Part shown: in pieces, positions 44,610 to 59,199 of the stretch | Position numbering within the stretch: position 1 is the first letter of the stretch | Layout: every line of letters begins with the position of its first letter | NCBI RefSeq assembly: GCF_009914755.1 | Contig: NC_060938.1 | Reading direction: 5' to 3' (one strand) | Origin: the human T2T-CHM13v2.0 reference genome, Homo sapiens | Length of the DNA: 64,000 bases | Program-made: the position numbers and the translations under genes | Notes under the pieces: model-generated | The model's input: the letters and a program-made list of their open reading frames with translations, nothing else | What the model was told of the DNA's origin: nothing | Database searches by the model: none

Positions 44610-45330
44610 TTAATTTATTTTATGTCCTTATTAATACTTACTGAGTACCTAGCATGTGTGAAGACGATATTCTAAGTCAGCAGTCCCCAACCTTTTGGCA
44701 CCAGGGACCAGTTTCACCGAAGATAATTTTTCCATGGACTGGGGTTGGGGGATGGTTTGGGGATGATTCAAGTACATTACATTTATTGTGTAATTTATTT
44801 CTATTATTACTATACTGTAATATATAATGAAATAATTATACAACTCACCATAATGTTGAATGAGTCGGAGCCCTGAGCTTGTTTTCCTGCAACTAGATAG
44901 TCCCATATGGTGGTGATGACAGACAGTGACAGATCATCAGGTATTAGGTTCTCATGAGGAACGTGCAACCTAGATCCCTAGTATGCACAGTTCACAATAG
45001 GGTTCACGCTTCTGTGAGAATCTAATGCTGCCACTGATCTGACAGGAGGCAGAGCTCAGGCAGTAATGCGAGGAGTGGGGAGCGGCTGTAAATACAGATG
45101 AAGCTTTGCTTGCTCACCTGCTGCTCACCTCCTGCTGTGTGGCCCCAGTTTCTAACGGGCCACAGACCAGTACTGGCCTTTGGCCACGGGTTTGGAGACC
45201 CCTTTTCTAAGTGTTAAGACAAGACTTGGACCTTCATGGAACCTATATTCTAGTAGGATTAAGACAGGCATTAAACAAGTAATTACACAATAAATTACTT
45301 AAGTTCAATTATAATGAAAAATACTAGATT
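44610..45330 (-). mobile_element. L2 3' end split by MER1A
   Basis: atacttactgagtacctagcatgtg...ttctaagt|gttaagac...ccttcatggaacctatattctagtagg...taaacaagtaattacacaataaa. Confidence 0.75.
44678..45204 (+). mobile_element. MER1A (hAT-Charlie), full length, 527 bp
   Basis: cagcagtccccaacc...tttggagacccct; perfect 8-bp TSD ttctaagt at 44670-44677 and 45205-45212. Confidence 0.95.
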
Positions 45331-47601
45331 CTACAAGAAATTATAAAATCTACTATAAAATTCTTTAGTGTTGTTAGCAGATAATTTACTCACCATTTAA
45401 AAATTATATCATTGATTAAATCAATTTTAAAATGGGAAGTGACTTTGAGAAACAGACTTACTACAAACAGACACATAAAGAAAAATCTGGTACATGTTAA
45501 AGAGAAATATTGCTATAAAATCAGAATACATTATATGAAGTCTACATTTGAATTATGCCATGTGTCAAGTTTGTTAAGCATATAGGTAAGATGTAATTAT
45601 TATTTTGCTCTTGATCTACTTTTATTTTTTATACCCTTAATTCTAAACCTTTGGATTGTATTGAACTTTAAAATACATATATTTGATTCATTTAATTTTA
45701 AATAATTGAAATTATTATCAAAACCTCATTGCTCTGCTTGAAGCAGTAGCTCTACTTCCCTATACTTCAGTTTTTCATGTGTTATAGCAAGATCTGTACT
45801 AGAATTAGCCAGTTCAACCCAACCACATCTTTCTGTTTCGTCCTTGCCTTGACTGTTAATTAGCTCAGTGGATTTTTATGTCATGAATGCATTTGTTTTC
45901 TAATACATCTTCATTTTAATGTAAGATAGTTGAAAAGAAGGACCAAGTCCTCTGAGAACCCCATAGTACAAAGTAAAATGCCTCACATCTGACAAATGCT
46001 CAGTAAACATGAGTAGTGGGAAATCTTGATTATATGCTCATTAAAAATATATCTATGTATTTAAAGTAGTAAGTCTGGTGTTCAAAAGGTAAAACCTTCA
46101 AAATTCTAACACAGTTCTTGTTTGGATTAACTCTAGTCTATAATCACAACTCTTCTGTTTCCTTGTCTGCACTGTGCTCACATAATGGCTATGTCTCTTA
46201 CCGCCAAAGCCCGGCTCACTGCTTACAACGGCATCCTGTTTCTTCACCTGTTTTTCTTTTGCTTACCTGACAAGCTCTTGCATTCATAAAAGTCGAAAGG
46301 ATTCCAGCTTAACGTTTCAATCCCACAAAGTTGACTTCCATAGCGTAGCCTGGAACACCTTGTCTGTGAATAGATATGGAATCCTCAAATGGTTTTGAAG
46401 CCACTACCAGCAACAGGTCTGAGATCATAGGACCCAAGAAGAAAATTGAGGCTGGGGAACCACAGAGAGTCTTTCCACAATTCAAAGTAATAACAAAGCA
46501 GCCACAACAGCAGAGGTGGGGAGAGATGTAGGCATCAGATTGCCTAGAGCTCTAACAACCTACCCTCCACATAGAAGCTGCTCTCTGCTTCAGGCTTCAG
46601 ATCCTTAAATATGGGTGGGGTCCTTCATTTAGTGTCAAAGAATTGATTAGAAAGCTCCTGCAATGTAAGCTCATTAATGAAACCATTTTGGCAGGCCAGA
46701 TGATATAATTAGCCCAAACAAGATATGAAATCTACAGTGTTTTGGGCAACTGTTCAGTAATTTTTAATTTTGTAATAAAAAAGACAAGGAAAGGAAACAG
46801 CAAGAGAAGATGATTCATGCTTATTGGTGAAAAAGAATAAGATATAAAGAAAAAGATTCCAAGATAACATTTGCTAGATGTGGATAGTACCTTCAGGTTT
46901 CCATCATCCTTCTGAAGACAGTAGCATTTACAAAAACTGTATCATCTCTACCTTTACAAAAGTAGGTGCTATGTCAATAGTGTGTTTATAGGATGCATGG
47001 ATATTCTTCAAACCAAAGTATAATCACAAATTCTGGTCTCGTCACAGACATTCATTTAAGGAACATCTCCCTCCCCTGCCCCCATGCTAACCTGAGCTTT
47101 CTGGAGGATGATAAAGGCGACCTGAATAATGAAGTACCCAAGTCTCACTACTGAGGCGAGTCAGGGGTAAAGAGTTTAGCACTGAGTGGCTGAGGATACG
47201 TATCAAGGGAAAATGTCATCCTTGGGACTTCTCTTTAAATACCAGAATATGTTTTGTTTTGTTTTGATTTGTTTTCCTATCAGGGATGTGTCTTTATTGG
47301 CAATCCCTAATGGAAATTGCTCTCTAATTTTCCTCTAGTCTTCTTATTTGTATTGTTTGTATATGAAAAGATGAGATGAATAGTTAAGGGTACTGCACAA
47401 ATACTTTGCTTGGTCCTATAGGCTCTCAGGTTTTTTTGATATCATGTGGCATTTGTGTCAAATTGAGTTGTGCTGTAATTTTATTAACAAGCTTCACATC
47501 TCAGAATATTTTACAGAGATGCACCTAACACAGTTGACATGTTGTCTATTAAAAGTTACATCATCTTAAGAAGTTATTAGTCCTTTTAAACATCATTTTC
47601 A

Positions 47602-47676
47602 TTCTAATAAGCTATTTTTTATTTCTAATAAGCTATTTCTTATTTCTAATAAACTATTTTTTATTTCTAATAAGCT
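47602..47676. repeat. 21-bp minisatellite, about 3.6 copies
   Basis: ttctaataagctattttttat / ttctaataagctatttcttat / ttctaataaactattttttat / ttctaataagct. Confidence 0.95.
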
Positions 47677-47941
47677 CGTGTCTTGAGCAGAAACACTAAT
47701 ACCCAGGAAATTTTCTGAGGACTGGCTCACTTAAAATGAAGGGAAGTCACTCCACGCTCTGAGTTGTCTTCTCTCATCTTCTTCATGTGAAATCCTGGAC
47801 ACTTGCAGATTCATGACAATTCAGAGATTATTAATCCAATTGCTTTTAATAAAGACTGTCCTGAAAGATACACATGGTGAAACATTCTAATTGTAAAAGA
47901 TTCATAGAGCAAACAATTCTGTAACATCTATTTCCATATGA

Positions 47942-48266
<325 letters not shown>

Positions 48267-48454
48267 CATACTTGGGAATTTTTACTACAGCTGACTGAAA
48301 TTTTTTATTTGAATCCTATTTTATATATGAGGATACTATTTCTTCTTTACAGCATTAAATTTTCTAGATTAAAAAATACTCATTTCCCCCCAAGATTTTA
48401 TAAAATAATTTCTGGCACTTCTCTAGGTTTTCTAGCTGTATGCTATTTTGAGAT

Positions 48455-48675
48455 GACTTGGAGTCAAACTGTCTGGGTTGAATCAAGGCTGTCCCCACCA
48501 GTTACTGTCTGTCTGACCTTGAGAAGTTATTTAACCTCTCAGTGTGGAGATGTTCATGGTACATATCTCATAGGGTTTCTGAGTGGATAAAATGTTCTGA
48601 TACATGCAAAATAGTTAGAATAGTATTTGCCTGGCATACCTTAAGCACTCAGTAAATTATAGCCATTCTATTTTA
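48455..48675 (+). mobile_element. MIR
   Basis: tggagtcaaactgtctgggttgaatc...tgaccttgagaagttatttaacctctc...gcctggcata...aagcactcagtaaat. Confidence 0.85.
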
Positions 48676-49789
48676 TTCCATTCCATGTTAATGGTTCAAC
48701 ATGAAATAGAATTGCATCCAAACAAATCGTGACGTCAAGGGTGTTACCTGAAAAAAAAAGGTGTTTCTTACTTAAATATATTAAGTAAATATAGGGTTGT
48801 GTACAAATTTTAAAATTTTGCTTTACTGTGGGACTTTTAGACCTTTTCATATATAAATATGTATTGTGTATATCCAACGTGGCTAACATGCCATGTCTCT
48901 CTCTTTTTTATGAATCACCCACTAACATCTCCAGTGAATCAAATTTGGAAACAATGGGCAGTCACAATAAGATACATGTCTGAAAACCCAAAGTTGATTT
49001 TTTCATGCTTTCAGTAATTACATTGAAGTTGTCCCAAAGGCAGAAGAAAGAAAAAGAAATCAAGTCTCCAAAATTTCTCTATCCTTTAGAAAGAAACTCC
49101 ACCTTAATTTTTGGTGAGGAGTAACAGATCTCACTTGGGTGGTAGTTACATTTTGTGATGTGAGGGTGTCAGCTTTTTCTCCAAGGATGACCTCCCAAGA
49201 AGGGCAGGGTCACTCACTTCTGCTACACTTCCCAGCTGTCTCTTTTGGCTTTGCACATTCCTGTCTCATGACTCTACAGGGAAATCCATGATGTAGATTT
49301 TCCTGTATTCAAGCAGGCAAAGATACGGGTCAAACATTTAAGGCCGTTAACAAGAAGTTAAATCAGCAACAACATTTATATAGAGGCATTAATTCAGGGT
49401 GAACGCAAAATGTGTTGTAGCATCGATTCTGGCATTTTTCTCTGCTCCTAATAGCTCTGAGCATTTGATCTATATGTTATATGGACCTAAATGAAGGGAA
49501 ATAAACATCTGGACAGATTCCTTCCAATCGAGTTTCCTTCTTACCATTTTTCTGCTGTGATAGTTAACCAAGGCCATGGGCTTCGTTCACCTAGAACCAG
49601 CCTAAAATTAAGGATGCTGGCCAGAGTACCCAAGTGTGATGCTTGTAGCATTTAAGCATACAGATAAATTCTTTTTGAAAAATTTCAAACAAGTGTACCA
49701 TGAGCGGAGTCAGAGCCCCTCTTGAAAGCAGGTTGGTAAATTTCCAGAACCACTTAGCAGTTTTCATAGGTGGCAAGGCATTGTATTGT

Positions 49790-49990
49790 TATTTTTATTA
49801 TTGTTAGGAGCTAACATTTGTTTCCAGGAACTGGGCTAAATGGTTCAAATTCATTATCTCATTTAATCTTTACAATATTTCTGTGAGGTAGAAAGTATTG
49901 TTATCTCCATTTTAGAGATAGCAGTTATAGAAGAGGCATCTGGAGCTAAAACAGATTAAATGACCTTTTCCCTCAGGTTCAGAGTAAGTG
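49790..49990 (-). mobile_element. MIR
   Basis: gctaacattt...attatctcatttaatctttacaa...tgtgaggtag...ctccattttagagat. Confidence 0.75.
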
Positions 49991-51123
49991 TCATATTGCA
50001 CCACAGAATAATTCTGTGCTCACCATAATGATTTACCCTTCTAAAAGGTAATATAATGCAATTTCAGAAATTAATGATTCTTAAAAATGTGTAAGCATAA
50101 GAAAAAATAGCGAATGTCCTTTTCTAGCATCACACTAGATTTTACGGGTGATTACAGGAAGACCCTTTTGAGATTTTCAGCAATGGACTTTTCTTGGATG
50201 AGACGGAAGATGCTCTCAGCTGGTGTGACTAAATTGTTTGCGACTTGAGGACATGGGTCATGCCCTCTGTGTGTACCACTCACTATATCCTCATCACAGT
50301 TCCTGCATAAAGCAGAGATTCAGAAGGGTCAGTCGAGAACATGGATGACAACCCAACACTGTAACCCAGCAGCTTGTGTCTTGGTGTAACATTGGTAGGT
50401 TTTGTTTGCCTTTACATTTTTACCATAAGAGGTCAACTAGAGTTTCTATCTTGTTACAAGTTCATTACACAGGTATCCCTTATTCCTTCATTCAACATTG
50501 CAAAGAAAACATCTGTAACATGCTTTGAGTCATTAAGAGACATTGCATACAGTCAAAAAATAGCATGAATTTATTAAATTCAGTACTTTGGCTGATAAAT
50601 TGAGAGGAAACCTTTATTGCAATTTGGTGGTGATAGTGGAGAGTCTCTTTCCAAATATAAGACCTAGCATTAAGAAGTATTTCCAAGTCTCCTATTTTAG
50701 GAATCTCAAATCTCTAAATTCGAGATATGTGGAAAAAATAGGCAATTTTCAAGAAAATTTGTGTTGCTGCTAGCCCTTTGGCTTGTACAATACATATTTT
50801 TTTTTTTTAGAATATACTGGAAAGATGAAATCTCTAATAGGTATCTTTCTGGAGAACAGTCTTTATAGCAAGGTTTTCTTTACACAGAGCAACCATGCAC
50901 ATGTAGTTAATGGATCTCCAGACAAAGGCCATTTCTTCCCTAAAACAAAGCCAACAAGGCAATTGAGCCAAGTAACTTCAAACTCCCCAGAGGGGACAGC
51001 AGCCATTCTTAAATCCACCATACTTTTGAATAGCTATCATTGGTCATTATCTTCCAAATGGCTTTGTAAGTGTCTAGGCATAATGTGATTGCTTTGGAAA
51101 TTCTCCATTTTTCAGGGTGCTGG

Positions 51124-51952
51124 GAAGGACATGAACAGACACTTCTCAAAAGAAGACATTTATGCAGCCAAAAAACACATGAAAAAGTGCTCACCATCAC
51201 TGGCCATCAGAGAAATGCAAATCAAAACCACAATGAGATACCATCTCACACCAGTTAGAATGGCAATCATTAAAAAGTCAGGAAACAACAGGTGATGGAG
51301 AGGATGTGGAGAAATAGGAACACTTTTACACTGTCGGTGGGACTGTAAACTAGTTCAACCCTTGTGGAAGTCAGTGTGGCGATTCTTCAGGGATCTAGAA
51401 CTAGAAATACCATTTGACCCAGCCATCCCATTACTGGGTATATACCCAAAGGACTATAAATCATGCTGCTATAAAGACACACGCACACATATGTTTATTG
51501 CGGCACTATTCACAATAGCAAAGACTTGGAACCAACCCAAATGTCCAACAATGATAGACTGGATTAAGAAAATGTGGCACATATACACCATGGAATACTA
51601 TGCAGCCATAAAAAATGATGAGTTCACGTCCTTTGTAGGGACATGGATGAAACTGGAAATCATCATTCTCAGTAAACTATCACAAGAACAAAAAACCAAA
51701 CACCGTGTATTCTCACTCATAGGTGGTAATTGAACAATGAGAACACATGAACACAGGAAGGGGAACATCACACTCTGGGGACTGTTGTGGGGTGGGGGGA
51801 GGGGGGAGGGATAGCTTTAGGAGATATACCTAATGCTAAATGGCGAGTTAATGGGTGCAGCACACCAGCATGGCACATGGTTACATGTGTAACTAACCTG
51901 CACATTGTGCACATGTACCCTAGAACTTGAAGTATAATTTAAAAAAAAAAAA
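51124..51952 (+). mobile_element. L1PA3-type LINE-1 3' end, 5'-truncated
   Basis: ORF2 C-terminus [12 protein letters not shown]...SLIGGN* with an in-frame TGA at 51293-51295. 3' UTR tgctaaatggcgagttaatgggtgcagcacaccagc, then poly(A). Confidence 0.96.
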
Positions 51953-54039
51953 GTCCCTTTCTTCTTTATCTCTTCCTCCCTGCCCCTTTCACTGTTCTGC
52001 CCAACACAAAGTTCAAGTCGTCTAGAGACGAATATGGCTTTTGCTTTTGTAGGGACTTTTTCCTGAGTCCCTTCCTAGCAGGGTACATGCAATATAGGCC
52101 TGTGAGAATAACTTTCTGCGGTGACACAGAACAGTGAAAACTGTAAGTCAGTCTATGGTGAGTGCAATCCTACATTATTTCATGCATAAAAAAGTCATAC
52201 ATCTGTATACATATATAACCTATTTCACAGTAACAATAAAAACATATTTATCGATTCATCAGAGGATAGACAGATTTGTGTGTCTATCCAAATGTATTAC
52301 ACTGTGATTTTTTTCTTCCTTGAGAAAGATTTCCCTGAAGACAATATTTATGGCAGGGCAGGAATTTATATTACACTTGAATATATGTTCTGACAAAGAA
52401 GCACATTGCATTTTGGAATTGGGTGATATTGGACATTCTTCAAAAAATCTTCTAAAGGGAAAGAATGTTTCATCTACTCATTTGTTCAGATTTCCCTATA
52501 ATTTTTAGCCAGCAGTCCTTTATGGATCAGATATTGCATCAAAAAAGAAGGGGAAAATATTCTTGTCATGGAGACATTTTCAGATTAAGTTGAAAAGGTC
52601 CATAATCCTTACGGAAATTTTTTTTTTAATCATCATCAGGCTATTCTTGACAGTCAGTAAAATATCAGGTCTTTCTCATTTAACTGACAGATTTCTTCTT
52701 TTTGCTTTCTTTCTTCCCTCTCTGTATCTATATCTACTCTCTTTCCAGGGCTCACGGCATATAGTAAGTATTGAAAAAATGAATTTAAGTCTAACTTATA
52801 CATACTTGTGAAACCTCATTCCTTATGATAAAGACCTTAAGCTTTTCTAAATGCAGAATCAGCCACTGGTCATTTTTAATGGACACGTAGTGGTTGCTAT
52901 TTTCTGGAGTGCAGGATTCATTAGGGTCATTGCTGGCATTTGGCTATGTTCAGTTGCCCCGGTGTGCTACTGAAGGCAAGTGTCCAAACGCCAATAATGT
53001 TTGGTTTCTCTCGATATTCCGAGGTTATATAACAAAAGAAGCCGTGTGTATGGCTTCCAGTTACCCATCCAGAGAATTCCTGAAAAAAGCAAATTATTCT
53101 TAAGATCCCCTGGAATTATGAATCTCTTGGTGGAGATGCATGGTAGGGAAAAGGGAAACTTGATCTGGTTTATTCTGAACCCTTTCTTCTCATCTTATCC
53201 TTCTACTAAGTCACTTGAAAACTGTTAAGAAGGAGAACATATAGGCATTATGAAAGAAACTATGTTGTAGCAGAATTCTTCAAGGTCTCAGGATTTACCC
53301 TTATAAAAACTGTACATAATCTAAAGCATAATAGCCAAAACAATTCAGTATGAATCAGACGTACACATACATAATTGTCTCATTGAGTTTCCCATCTCCA
53401 CTAAGTCATGGTCACTGTTTTGCCTTGGTTATGGCAACTAAAAGCCAATGGAGATTAATGGAAAGCCCCCCAGGAGAAAATACTCTTTTGCGGTCTTTGG
53501 ATGAAGGCCTGAGTATCAGCAGGACTGGAGTTCTAAAGAAACTGCTATGCCCATTGCATGAGACACATGAAGTAATGAACTATAGACAAGTCATCATACC
53601 AGTATTTCAGAAAGTGAAACTGATATAAGAACACAGGCCAGACACCAACTCAAACAAACTATGGAAGCAGGGAGAGCAAACTGAAATACAAAGGCATGGC
53701 CAGTAGCCAGAGCAGGAGTGCCTCAGAAATTGATGATAGATGAAGACAATTTATGTAGCAGTTCGTCTAATGGCAGTTCTGCAGGGAGGCATCCTTTTGA
53801 AGGTGATGGCTCAGGTTGGCCTACATGTTCCTGCCCAATTTTAAAGGTGTCATAAGCCAGTGTAATTGGGGATCTGTCTGGCTTCTGACTTCTTGCATAA
53901 CTATGTTCCCACTTACATTGGGGTCTTGGCATAATTTGTCTCCTGACAAAGAGAAAATAGAAAATATCCAAATATTCCAGCCTTATAGCATAGATGGGTA
54001 AATATAAGACCTTTCCTTTTAGCATTGATGACAGTAAAC

Positions 54040-54225
54040 ACAATTAATAGCTTTCTATTTGCCAGGCATGTGACATACGACTCTGAAATCTTGCAACAAC
54101 CCAGTTAGAACGACTTACTAAGACTTGAAGTTAAGTTTGCCTAAATGTATACAGCAGGTGATTAAAATATGGATTTAACTGCTGATTTGTTCATATTTAA
54201 GATCCTTGACCTTTCCACTGTTATA
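54040..54225 (-). mobile_element. MIR
   Basis: tgccaggcatgtg...aatcttgcaacaaccc...ttgcctaaatgtatacagc...acctttccactg. Confidence 0.6.
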
Positions 54226-54394
54226 ATAGTACATATTGATATTCCACTGGCGATGAGTAAGCATGCCTTACCACTTCACAAATAGATAAGGTGGCTTCTA
54301 AGAAAATCTCAAATAGAGGTGGTCAGGAAGCCACAGGACCAACCAAGAACCCAGAAACGACAGTGCTTACTAGATGCTGCTTGCATTCTACCAT

Positions 54395-54765
54395 GTGGAT
54401 ACAATGAGTAAAACTTGGGTACTAAAGTCAAAGTGCCTGCCACCACACCTGGCTAATATTTGTATTTTTAGCAGAGATGGGGTTTCACCATATTGGCCAG
54501 GCTGGCCTGGAACTCCTGACCTTGTGATCTGCCCACCTCGGCCTCCCAAAGTGCTGGGATTACAGATCCCAACTGGATTGGGATCTTAGCACTTACTTGC
54601 TGTATAACTTCTCCAGGTTACTGATCATCTCTAAGTCTTTGATTCTTGTTCTGTAAAATATGATAATAGTAGGAATAATAATAGTGCCTTCTTTAGAGAT
54701 AGTTGTCAAGATTAAAGTGCTTAGCTCAGTGCTTGACATAGGGTAAATATTCAACCTATAGTCAA
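54395..54765 (+). mobile_element. MIR interrupted by an Alu fragment
   Basis: aagtcaaagtgcc|ctggattgggatcttagcacttacttgctgtataac...ctgtaaaatatgataatag...aaagtgcttagctcagtgcttgacatag. Confidence 0.8.
54436..54565 (-). mobile_element. Internal Alu fragment (130 bp) without tail, 5' end or TSD
   Basis: 120/130 identical, ungapped, to 55319-55448. Confidence 0.93.
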
Positions 54766-55143
54766 TCATCTTAAGTACTCTTGTCTCATCGAGGAACCAT
54801 CAGGAGGTGTAGGTAATATGCAACCTTGAATTAGATGTAATAAAATGGACCCCACAGGAAGTATTTGGGGATATTTTAGGCATATTTTCCAGTACACATA
54901 TGCAATATTAGATAATATTTTCCAAACCAATGCTATTTAACCTCAAATCCAGCACAGTGAAAAAACATTGAAAGGTAAAAGAAAAAGTCACTTCACTTCC
55001 ATAGTTCTCAGAATTACCATGTAGATATCAAAAGGTCTCTTCCAACTCTGAAAGTCTGTGACTAATTTTGTTAAACCCCTACTGTGTGCAAAGTTTGTCA
55101 CTGGGACGAATAAGGTTGACACTCTCAGAGAAGCAATATGTAA

Positions 55144-55470
<327 letters not shown>

Positions 55471-58340
55471 ATGTACAATTCTTAAAATAAGCTAAAGTGA
55501 TAAACTTACCCTATGGCTTTGTCATAGAAGGGTTTTAAAGACAAAAAAAAAATTGAAAAAAATTGAACTTCTGAGAAGAATGGTGATATTATAGATATGC
55601 TATAGCCTCTAAATAAGAATAGTGATGTTTAAAGGAATATAAATTAAAGAGAACACTAAAGGGAAAAGAGAGATGGATTTTACCCTCTGGATCTGACTTT
55701 GGTTTTAAATTGCATAGGCAAGAGATTGGTTAGAGAGATTTATTTCAACCTTTAGTAGTGTATTAGCAGTGTCACAGAACAAGGGATATGGTTAAAAGAA
55801 AGAAGGTGAGAAATGCGAACAAACAAGATAGTGTCTTGGAATCTGATTTATTTAAATTTAGATTATATTGCTGTTGCATTAATCTTTGTATAAATCATAG
55901 TTCTAAGCACATTAAACTTACGTTGCAGTCAATTTTTAATTTTGCAAACCTTAACCGATGTTTATTATTATAAGCTGTGAACATTTTTTTAATCATTGAG
56001 AAGGCCCCTCTCAAGTGAAATTTTGGTTCCAAATGGCCAAAGTAACTAATGGGCAGGGAAAAAAATCTGCTTAAACTCTCATTTCAATCACAGTTATGTG
56101 GAAACATCTTGAAGACAACAGTAAAGGAAAGAGAAAGAAATCAGGTGGATGGAGAAGATACACTAGAGGAATGAGATCTCCTACATGAGTAAAGTGTTTT
56201 CTAATGTGTTTTTCTTGAATGATAGCATCTTGAATTTCCTACAAAGTATGGAATAGTTTACCTCTGACTAGCGCTGCCCTACAGAACAATGTCAATTTAT
56301 TCTAAGACTGCAATGTTCAGAATGCAGATATGATCAGTTCAACCCAGATGAGACAATCCTATAAATGTAATAATAGAAATAACTATTTGAAACTTGAAAA
56401 TCAGAAGTGTTTTAACTTTCTTCAAACACTTAGACTATAACAACATTTTTAGTCTAATGTAATTAGCGCAATTTTCAGAGGATATGTTTATATCAAGAAT
56501 ATTCCTGTGGGAGAAATAGAAACTTTTAAGGAGAGGTTTCTAGGATTCTTAGACAACTAAAACTTTCGTTTGACTCAGACCCTGATATTACATTTTCCCA
56601 GGATTCCTCTCACTTGTGCTGTTTTCAGTGATTGCTCAGGTTATTTCGAATGATGGCATACATATATCTTCTCTGACATGCAAAAATGCCAGAACCTTCT
56701 TTTTCCTCCCTCTGTTCCCAGAAAGAACTAAGAACGGTCTAGCTTTGAGCTAAATTGTACAGCTGACTGTTTGTTTTGGGAACTTCCAAATGAACATATT
56801 TGGTGTTGCACTGGTGCATCCCAGGAACAGAACTGTCTGACCAGAAGAGCAATTCTGCTTCTGGAAATTTCTAGCACATAAGAAGATAGCTGGAGGGTAT
56901 GTTTGTCTGTATAGTTTAGAGGCTGGCTGGTGCTATAAAGGAAAGTAAGAAAAGGGCAAAGATATCCTTCAGAGGATTCCCCCAGAAGAAAGTAGCAGTT
57001 ATGAAGTTTTATTCCTGAGGTAGGACAGGCAGTCAGACCCAAGAGGTCTCAGTGTCTCTCCCTGTGTTGGATGTAATTGCTTTTCATTGTCAATACTGAA
57101 AGAAGGCACACAAGAGACAAATGAAATGTGTGTGTATAAACCTGGCTTTGGTTTTCAGAGACAGTCTTCTTACACCTTCAGATCTCCTAGATGAGCTGGG
57201 CCTTACAGAAAATACAAGTCTTGAGCTCTATTTGTTTACAGTTTTCAAATTCTCAGCTTCTGCCTGTAAGATATCTCATGTGATTAACTGATTTTTCTAA
57301 TTTAAGGGAGTTATTTTCTGTGGAGGAAGAGGCTATAAAGTCACATTTTTATCTTATTTTCTTTTTTTTTTCTCTGATATTTCTTCTCTGTTTTCCACAT
57401 TCCTTGTCACTGTCAAAACTGGTAATTAATCAAGAGTTAGTCATGGATGGCTCCTTTTCCCTCCCCTTCTTATCCTTCATTTTCCTGCCTGAGTGATAAC
57501 GAATGATGTCTCTTGTCCTGTACCCCTGGCTTCCTCTCCTCAGAGCATTCAAGCCAGACCCCATGACAAGATGCTCCCAGTGAAGGGAGAAAACTGGGAA
57601 TGACAAATGTGAGTCTGGGAACCCAGGCATCAAGGGGTGGACTTCCTGATCTCTACCACTTGCCATCATCTATCTCTCCATGTCAGGAGGCCTTTGGGAA
57701 AAGCAGAAACAAAAGAGAAAGGAAAAGTTCTCATCCCAGCATTTTAGCATCATGAGAAACCTGGAAGTACCTTTGCAATAGCACTAAAATATGATGAGTC
57801 TTGAGTCTTTCCCAAGGTTTTGATACCCACCAGCCCACGAGTATACATGTAGGCATACTTTTACTCTCTACTTTCTCCAGCTTAATGTTTTTCCAAGTGT
57901 CTGGAGGAAAATAAGAGCAAACATCTTTGTAAAATTGGACACATCTCTTCTTTCATTATATGATTGGTTTATGTGTCTGAACACCTTAGGACTCAGTCTT
58001 TACTCTTATTTAACTGAAGAGATTAGGGGAAATACTTCCTCACCCACCACAGAGTCTGAAATTCTGCTATTAGAGACTCATGCCTTTAGGTGAAAATGTT
58101 GCATCTCCAAGAAGACCCATGAAAACAGAAGTGATTCTAGGTAGAATGAAGATACAATATAAGCTAATCGATGATATCCTCCTATAAATTCCTTTGGCAG
58201 ATCTATTTACTATGGAGATCCCTAGTGGAGAGGATGGCCTTAAGGAATTGGGAAATAAAATAGTTAACTTGAGATAGGTTGAAAGAGAAAATAATTCCTG
58301 AGAAAGGAACACAATACTGCTTGAAAATAGTACTAATGTA

Positions 58341-58524
58341 TTTTTACAGATTAGTTTTTGCTGGTTCCTGAACCAAATGACTAGCTGGGACTTCTTATTC
58401 TCAGATTTGCCTCACACCCACTTAAGAAAAATACCAGATTGACATCCTCAAGTTATAATCTAAAATCCCAGGGAGGGAGCACACTAGTCAGGGGTGAGAT
58501 TAAATGAGGCAAAAGTGACTGCAT
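58341..58524 (+). repeat. Local direct repeat, copy 1
   Basis: About 79% identical to 59501-59684 by manual alignment. Confidence 0.92.
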
Positions 58525-58629
58525 CACATTTCACTGTCTATAGAGGCTATTGGCAGATTTATGCAGGCTGAGTTAAGTGAATGACTTGATAGCCTGGATC
58601 ACATCTATATGTGTTTTTCACAGGCATCA

Positions 58630-58994
58630 TGTCTTAGTTAGTTTTATGTTGCCATAACAGAATGCCCCAGACTGGGTAACTCAAAATGAACAGAAATTTA
58701 TTTGGCTCACAGTTCTGGAGGCTGGGAAGTCTTAGTGCATGAAACTGACATCTGACATGGGCCTTTGTGCTACATGATCCCATGGTGAAAGTTATCACAT
58801 GGCAAGAGAGCATGGGAGAGAGCCAAACTCAATTTTATAACCAACTCACTTCTGTAATAATGACACTGATCCATTCATGAGAACAGAGCCCTCATGACCT
58901 AATCACCTTTTAAAGGTCCCATTGTTCAACACTGTTGCATTGGGAATTAACTTTCCAACACATGCACTCTGGGGGACACATTCGAACCATACCA
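58630..58994 (-). mobile_element. MST (MSTD/MSTC-like) solo LTR (MaLR)
   Basis: tgtcttag...ggctcacagttctggaggctgggaagtc...cagagccctcatgacctaatcacc...gggacacattcgaaccata. Confidence 0.88.
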
Positions 58995-59199
58995 AACATC
59001 CACTCTGTAGAATGTTGCCCTTAATATGCTGTGATTGATATAGATAGATAGATATAGATATAGATTTTTTTTTCCTTTTCAGTGTGTTTTAGTATATTAG
59101 TTGGGTCTCATTTGCTTGCTTAAACTGTTGTATGAAAAAAAAGAAATGTGCTGCAAAGATACAGAGGTATATTGTGCAGCTCAAATTAGGTCAGGAATG

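Noticed and set aside
47602-47676. CRISPR-like repeat
   Set aside because: Head-to-tail units with no spacers, in primate DNA with no cas genes.
56430-56457. 8-bp inverted repeat ttagacta...tagtctaa
   Set aside because: Too short and AT-rich to exceed chance.
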